Assembly (NCBI GenBank): GCA_965248925.1
Contig: CBDFLE010000005.1
Span: forward strand, 1,664,001 to 1,728,000
Length of the DNA: 64,000 nucleotides
Direction of reading: 5' to 3'
From: Candidatus Multivoradales bacterium
GTDB taxonomy: Bacteria > Acidobacteriota > Thermoanaerobaculia > Multivoradales > J023
The translations under genes were made by a program, and so were the position numbers. This document shows, piece after piece, positions 58,656-64,000 of the stretch (position 1 is the stretch's first letter; every line of letters begins with the position of its first letter). The notes below the pieces were generated by a model, which did not search any database, was not told where the DNA came from, and saw only the letters and a list, made by a program, of their open reading frames with translations.

Positions 58656-60551
58656 CTACAGCCCCGCGGCCACCGCCCGCAGCAGATCGCGCTCGGTGAG
58701 GATACCCACTAGTCGCTGATCAGCAACTACCAGCAAGCAGCCGCCGCCGCTGTCGAGCACCAATTGTAAAGCCTGGCGCCATGGCACTTCGGGGGCAACT
58801 CGAGGAGGATCACGGTCCATGATCGTTTCGACCGCCACCGACTCGGCACCACTCTCAGCCGTCCGCCGCTGCTGCAAGCGGAGCAAGGCTCGGTGCGACA
58901 CCAAGCCCACCAACTGGCCGCCGGTGGTCTCCACCGGCACATGGCGAAAGTGCTTCCAACTCATCAGCCGGGTCGCCAGATCGACCACGTCATGGGGTCG
59001 CACGGTGAACAGATCTGTAGTCATTATGTCAGCCACGGTTGAAGCCTGTAAGGCCACCGCGATAGTGGCTGGTTCGAGAGGTGGCCAGGCATGGACCGGC
59101 TCGCCACTCTGCTGATGGCTGATCATCGCTTCCACCAGCCGCGCCGCCCGCGCGTCGAGGGCAGTCCGCGGGTCGAGAGAGGCGACCGCGTCGAGAAGCC
59201 ACCGGGCGCCCGTGCGGCGCGACTCCACTCGTGCTTCGACAGTCCCCAGATAGCGATCTACATCCTCTTCCGGCACTGCGATCGAGCTTAGGCCACGACG
59301 GGCGATCGGCAGCAACTCCTCAAGTAGTAGCTGGCGAGCACCGATGCGTCGGCCATCGAGCCAACTGAGTCGCGCGCCCAGACTCTGGCGAGCAGCGTTA
59401 ACGAAATTGCCCTTGGCGGCATCGAACAACATCCGCGACGGAATCTCGGCGCTGCTCTCGTCGAGCCCGACCATCAGACCGTAAAACAGGGCCGCGTTGG
59501 CAACTTCGTCGAGCACCGTCGGTCCGGCGGGCAGCACCCGGTTCTCAATCCGTAGATGGGCCACTCCGTCGGCCACGCCGTAGCAAGGGCGATTCCAGCG
59601 CCACACGGTGCCGTTGTGCAACATCAGCGCCGACAACTTGGGAGCCTCACCTCGCTCCACCCGCTCCAGCGGCGGTGGGTCGAGTTCCCGGCTGAGCATT
59701 ACTGGAAAACGCGCCGCGGCATCCTGAAAGAGCTCTAGAACAGACTCGTCTACCCAACCGTTGCCGAAAGTCACCCTTGGCGCCCGCCCACGCTCCCGAG
59801 CGGCACCCGAGCGGGCATCGACCGAACGCTCGAACAGTGCCACTCGGGTCTCATGCCAAAGACGTTTACCGAGCAGCAAGGGTGAATTGGCCGCCGCTGC
59901 CAGCAGCGGAGCGGTGATCAGTTGGGCCAGGTTATAACGCCGCGCAAAATCCTCAGGCCCCACCTGCAAGTGCAGCTGGAAGCTGGTGTTGGCGGCCTCG
60001 AACATGACGTTGTCGGAACTCAGTTCCAACTCGTCGACACCGCGAATGAAGATCGAAAAACTACCCTCGCCGAGAGCCAGCAAAGCTTCGTTGAGCTGGT
60101 GATAGCGAGGCATCGGAGTCATGAACTTCAGACTCAAATCCTCGCGCCGCAAACTAGGCAGAATACCGGTGAGCAAGACCCGTGCGCCCTCCTCCCGAGC
60201 ACCCGAGTTCACTTCGGCGACAACCGCAACGAGTTCATTCTCCAACTGCCGCAGGAAGGACCCGCCGAGCCGCTGCGGGTCAAGATTGGCTTCGAGGTTG
60301 AAGACAGCCAGTTCAGTGGTGAGGCGGGGGTCTTGACAGCCTTCCAACACCGCCAACGAAGCCCCCGCTGGCCGACCACCGCTATCGACCAGGGTCATCT
60401 CCTGTTCAGCACCAATCCGCCGCACCCCGGTCTCGAACATCCCGCGGCGCAGCATCGATTCGAGCGCTTCGAGGTCGGCCAACACCGCCTGGGTGAAGTC
60501 GCGTATCTCTTCCGGATCATTGCCGGTGCGTGTTTCGTGGTGACCCATCAA
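58656..60551 (-). CDS. Glutamate-cysteine ligase (GCS2)-family protein with a C-terminal CBS pair
   Basis: IGAEQE, ELAVFNLE.N, SFQLHLQ, ANSP, WRWNRP.Y and HLRIENR.LPAGP; CBS motifs FRHVPV and LVGILTERDL. Confidence 0.88.
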   Translation of the reverse strand: MMGHHETRTGNDPEEIRDFTQAVLADLEALESMLRRGMFETGVRRIGAEQEMTLVDSGGRPAGASLAVLEGCQDPRLTTELAVFNLEANLDPQRLGGSFLRQLENELVAVVAEVNSGAREEGARVLLTGILPSLRREDLSLKFMTPMPRYHQLNEALLALGEGSFSIFIRGVDELELSSDNVMFEAANTSFQLHLQVGPEDFARRYNLAQLITAPLLAAAANSPLLLGKRLWHETRVALFERSVDARSGAARERGRAPRVTFGNGWVDESVLELFQDAAARFPVMLSRELDPPPLERVERGEAPKLSALMLHNGTVWRWNRPCYGVADGVAHLRIENRVLPAGPTVLDEVANAALFYGLMVGLDESSAEIPSRMLFDAAKGNFVNAARQSLGARLSWLDGRRIGARQLLLEELLPIARRGLSSIAVPEEDVDRYLGTVEARVESRRTGARWLLDAVASLDPRTALDARAARLVEAMISHQQSGEPVHAWPPLEPATIAVALQASTVADIMTTDLFTVRPHDVVDLATRLMSWKHFRHVPVETTGGQLVGLVSHRALLRLQQRRTAESGAESVAVETIMDRDPPRVAPEVPWRQALQLVLDSGGGCLLVVADQRLVGILTERDLLRAVAAGL

Positions 60552-60714
60552 CCAACCTAGGTAGCCATCTCAATATTCCAAGGTAGCGCTGAAACTAGCT
60601 CTACTTACCCGTCAAGGCCACACCCTAAAAGGCGGTATCTCTCGGCCCCGTCCGCGCCCCGGCATGGGAGCCCGAACTACCTTGGCGGGCGGGAACGTGA
60701 AGCGCCAGTTGGCG

Positions 60715-62622
60715 TCAAGAGGCTAACAAATGCTCCAGGAAGGCAGCCGCCTGATCGTTGTCTGGCTCGAGGCTGAGTGCCTGGCGATAAGCTCGCGCGG
60801 CTTCCGCGGGCTCTTCGAGCCGTTCTAAGACCCGCCCCAGATAGACCCAGGCGACAGGGAAATTGGGGCGCAGCTCAACCGCCTGGCGGAGCGCCGCGGC
60901 CGCTTCCTCGAAACGCCCCAAGGCGGCCAGCACCAACCCTTGATTAAACAGCGGCTCCGGGCGGCCCCCAGCAGTGGCCAACGACAGCTTCAGATCCGCC
61001 AACGCACCTTCTTTATCCTCCAGTTGGACGCGGGCAATGGCCCGCCAATCCCGGGCCGACACCAGCTCTGGCCACACCTCCAGAGTCGCCGTCGCCACCG
61101 CGGCCGCCGCAGCGAAGTTCCCCACTCCGAGCAAGCCCTTGATCAGGTCGAGTTGCGGCTCTGGCGAATCCAGCTGCTGGCCTGGCAGGACCGCGGCCAA
61201 GTAGCGAGTCGCAGCAGCGCTGCCACCAGCGCGAATCACCGCACTCGCCCGGTAGATGCCGTCCAGCTCAGCATTGGAACCTGGCAGCGGCCGGATCAAC
61301 TCGGCTTCGGTCAGAATCGGCACCGTCTCCTCCAGCTCGGCGAGCAGTTCTTCGCCGCCGGGTCGACGACGGATGAGATGGTCTGTCATCACCACCTGCA
61401 CGACATCCTGAGTCCGCCGCCGAGACATGTGGCAAGCGGCACAATCGTCTGCCGCCACCGCCGGCAGGTCGACCCCGTCAGCCATCGACGACAGGGCGCA
61501 AGCCGCCGCCTGATGGCAGGAGAGACAGGCGTCGCGATAGTGCGCCTTGCGCGCGGCCGGCGCCACCTTGCGATGGGGATCGTGGCAGCGACTACAGCTC
61601 AGCTCGCCCGGCGGCGATTGCCTGAAGCAAGCACTCTGCTCTAACCGGTAAGGATGATGATTGATCTCGAAACGCTGTTCCCGGCTTCTATCTTGCTCAT
61701 CGACATCGAGCAACGCCAAGTAATCGGTCAGAGGTTCACCAGGGCGGAAGGAGTAGATCGAGCGACCAAAACGACGTACTCCAGCGAGCACCACGGAGGG
61801 TTGGAAATGGCAGCCATAGCAAATGTCAGCCGCCAGCCGCGGCGCCAACTTCGCCGGATTGACGATGGTCGAGCGCGCCGCTTCGCTAGCGCCCGAGACC
61901 GCTGCACGCAAGTGTTCAGCACCGGGGCCGTGGCAACGCTGGCAACCGATCCCCTGTGGCAGGTCCAGCGGAAAAGTCTGCGCCATGGCATAGGCATCGC
62001 TGCCGCTGGCAACCTCCGGATAGGCGTTGTGGCAGAACATGCACTCATGCCGCACCCGTCGTTCCAGGCCGGCATGATCAGCCGAGTCAAACCCCGGCGC
62101 CATCCCCCACTTCGCCCCCTGGCTGTACCAGGCCAGAGGCAGCTGGTAGAGCTCGCCGCCAGGGTCGTGGATCAGATAGAGGCGCGAGGTATGACCCGAA
62201 CCGAGAATCCAATCGACCTCGACCTCGTAGGGATGCAGCCGCTGGCCATCGCTGTCGACTCGGTAGCGCTCGAAAAACAGCCGCTCCCCCTGGCGTCGCA
62301 TGCGGTAATAGCGCTGTGAGGGCTGGTGGTAGAACGGCTCGGCGGTGAAATCCTCGATCATCCGCTCAGCGCTGGGCCGAAAAAAACTCTGCGCCATGCC
62401 GACCTCTTGAAAGGCGCTGTAGATCTCCGAATGACAGCTGGCACAGGCGCGATCGGGTACATAGCCGGGGGCCGCGCCGACGCTGACCGGGATACCCCTT
62501 TGCGCCAGCACATCCCCCGAGGGGGCCCGGCAGCCAGCGCTCAGCAGCGCGACCGCCACTAGCAATGCAGCCGCCGCCTGCCTTGCAAGGCGACTCGTCG
62601 AGGGCTGGTCGATGAGGGACAA
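60715..62622 (-). CDS. Exported heptaheme cytochrome c with C-terminal TPR repeats
   Basis: Seven CxxCH motifs (CASCH, CMFCH, CQRCH, CYGCH, CSRCH, CLSCH, CAACH); TDH.I; TPR tail; possible lipobox LSAGC. Confidence 0.88.
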   Translation of the reverse strand: MSLIDQPSTSRLARQAAAALLVAVALLSAGCRAPSGDVLAQRGIPVSVGAAPGYVPDRACASCHSEIYSAFQEVGMAQSFFRPSAERMIEDFTAEPFYHQPSQRYYRMRRQGERLFFERYRVDSDGQRLHPYEVEVDWILGSGHTSRLYLIHDPGGELYQLPLAWYSQGAKWGMAPGFDSADHAGLERRVRHECMFCHNAYPEVASGSDAYAMAQTFPLDLPQGIGCQRCHGPGAEHLRAAVSGASEAARSTIVNPAKLAPRLAADICYGCHFQPSVVLAGVRRFGRSIYSFRPGEPLTDYLALLDVDEQDRSREQRFEINHHPYRLEQSACFRQSPPGELSCSRCHDPHRKVAPAARKAHYRDACLSCHQAAACALSSMADGVDLPAVAADDCAACHMSRRRTQDVVQVVMTDHLIRRRPGGEELLAELEETVPILTEAELIRPLPGSNAELDGIYRASAVIRAGGSAAATRYLAAVLPGQQLDSPEPQLDLIKGLLGVGNFAAAAAVATATLEVWPELVSARDWRAIARVQLEDKEGALADLKLSLATAGGRPEPLFNQGLVLAALGRFEEAAAALRQAVELRPNFPVAWVYLGRVLERLEEPAEAARAYRQALSLEPDNDQAAAFLEHLLAS

Positions 62623-62985
62623 CTAGCGACTTCTCCGTGGTCCGAGCATGGCCCGATTGTGCCACGAACCGGGTCCCAGAAAAGAGTGGCACCTTGTTCG
62701 GGTGCGAGTGCGGTTCTTTGGTGATTGCCAATACCGGCTAGAGTTCACAAAGTCGCCCAATCCGCCGATAGCACCTCTGCCTGTTCTAACACCGTCCGGG
62801 TAGCCTTCTCTTGCTTGTCCAGCCACGAAGAGGGTGGCACCTCGTTCGGCACCAAGTGCGGAATTTCATCGCGGCGACTGATCTCAAAAAATTTATTCAC
62901 TTCGGACGGATTCTACGCTTTTCGAGATAGGGCCAAACAGGAGCCCGCTGTTTCTATCCTCAGCTCGAGAATAAGGAGTTCAAGA

Positions 62986-63726
62986 ATGCGTCGGAGAATC
63001 CTCGCTACTGCCCTCTCAACCATGTTGATGTTGCTACCCATGAGCACCGCGTTGGCAGCCGGCACTGCCAGCCGTGGCTTCGACATCCAACCCAGTACTT
63101 GTCCTGCGCCAGATGCCGATATCGTTCCGGTCGAGAAAAAACTGGCCCGCCTGCTGGCCACACCCTTCGTGCCTCTGACCCAGGAAAACGTCGCCGAGAC
63201 CACCGATGCGGTGCTCGGCGCCGACATCCTGACCAACGAGCAAACCGTGATCATTCAGTCCTATCAGGACTACATGTTTGGCAGCCTGTCGGCCGATAGT
63301 CGCGACGTCATGGACGCCTTCCAACAAGAGGCCGAGATGCTCGGTGTGCTACCGCACGAGATCGACGAGCGCTCCGCGGAATTCCAGATCCCCCTCACCG
63401 ATCCGCGCTGGGGTGCCTTTGAGATCGAAGCCCAGACCCTATTTGAGTCCCTACCAGCGACTCGCCAAGCCAACGAGCAGAGCCGTTTCTTCATCTTCGG
63501 AGCGGTCACTATCCTCGCCATCATTGCCTGTGACTTCAAAATTCAGGCCTGCGCCACCGATGTGGCCGATGCCCTGGAAGATTGCGTCGAAGGGCGTCTC
63601 TGCGACGACGATGAATGCGTTGACAAAGATTGCTGTGCTTCAAAAGCCGCCAACGACATCAAGAATTGCCTCATCACCTGCGGTCTGAACGGCCCCGACG
63701 GCGACTATAAGAACTGCTGCGAGTAG
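62986..63726 (+). CDS. Secreted protein with an acidic helical region and a Cys-rich C-terminal domain
   Basis: AAGGAG plus ATG 62986; signal peptide ending ...STALA; 11 Cys in the last ~65 aa. Confidence 0.75.
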   Translation: MRRRILATALSTMLMLLPMSTALAAGTASRGFDIQPSTCPAPDADIVPVEKKLARLLATPFVPLTQENVAETTDAVLGADILTNEQTVIIQSYQDYMFGSLSADSRDVMDAFQQEAEMLGVLPHEIDERSAEFQIPLTDPRWGAFEIEAQTLFESLPATRQANEQSRFFIFGAVTILAIIACDFKIQACATDVADALEDCVEGRLCDDDECVDKDCCASKAANDIKNCLITCGLNGPDGDYKNCCE

Positions 63727-64000
63727 CCTACCTACAGCAACATCCAAGCCCCCGAAGCGACTCACTCAGCTTCTGAGAAACGCCCCTTCGGGGAACCCAT
63801 TCACACCCTGCGAGGCTCTGCCAGCAGGGTGTTTCTGCCTCAGCTGCTCCCACCAACCCAAGCGTCGACAAAACGGCATGAGTCGGCAACGTCCCCTCCC
63901 CGAAGAGGCTGGCACAACAGCTACAGCCACAGGCACCTCGTTGCTCGTTTGGGTCATAGGGCGCTCGGCAGCTAGATCAACCGGAGCTTGGTGTGCGCCG

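Noticed and set aside
1-64000. tRNA, rRNA, riboswitch or prophage
   Set aside because: None recognised by eye. A covariance-model search (Infernal/Rfam, tRNAscan-SE) is needed to exclude small RNAs in the larger gaps (4170-4930, 11430-12040, 42210-42890).

Overview
GC-rich bacterial window, probably from a long-read or metagenome assembly. The gene content (ECF sigma plus Ser/Thr kinase pair, Sec-exported RHS protein, multiheme-TPR protein) resembles Acidobacteriota or Planctomycetota, but that assignment is inference. From left to right: (1) a >1,380-aa RHS/YD-repeat protein that runs off the left edge and is missing from the ORF track; (2) a secreted-protein gene truncated by a complete IS3-family element; (3) a secreted PPC-domain protein with a perfectly conserved acidic 18-aa repeat, divergent from an ECF sigma factor and a membrane Ser/Thr kinase-TPR; (4) an IS256 remnant; (5) the most unusual locus, a ~17-kb six-gene operon at 12.6-29.5 kb encoding an RCK-gated channel with a non-canonical filter, a surface vWA protein, an intact tubulin/FtsZ-like GTPase, a degenerate membrane-anchored tubulin-like paralogue, a polytopic membrane protein fused to a degenerate MrfA/DUF1998-type helicase, and a lipoprotein; (6) a minus-strand run of lipid and envelope genes, including an ElbD-like FAR-ACS-ACP enzyme and a B12 radical SAM enzyme; (7) a copper-monooxygenase-like protein; (8) a Rieske/cytochrome b/octaheme HAO-like/porin respiratory module beside a GAF histidine kinase and NarL-type regulator; (9) a sulfur-relay operon (DUF2892, CBS, SQR, TusE, DsrE2, class-V aminotransferase); (10) a two-gene insert encoding an unknown protein and a serine hydrolase, then VIT1, GCS2-CBS, a heptaheme-TPR protein and a Cys-rich secreted precursor. 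Several genes carry single-base indels, mostly in short homopolymers, that look like sequencing errors. No rRNA, tRNA or CRISPR array was seen. All assignments come from reading motifs by eye; no database search was run.
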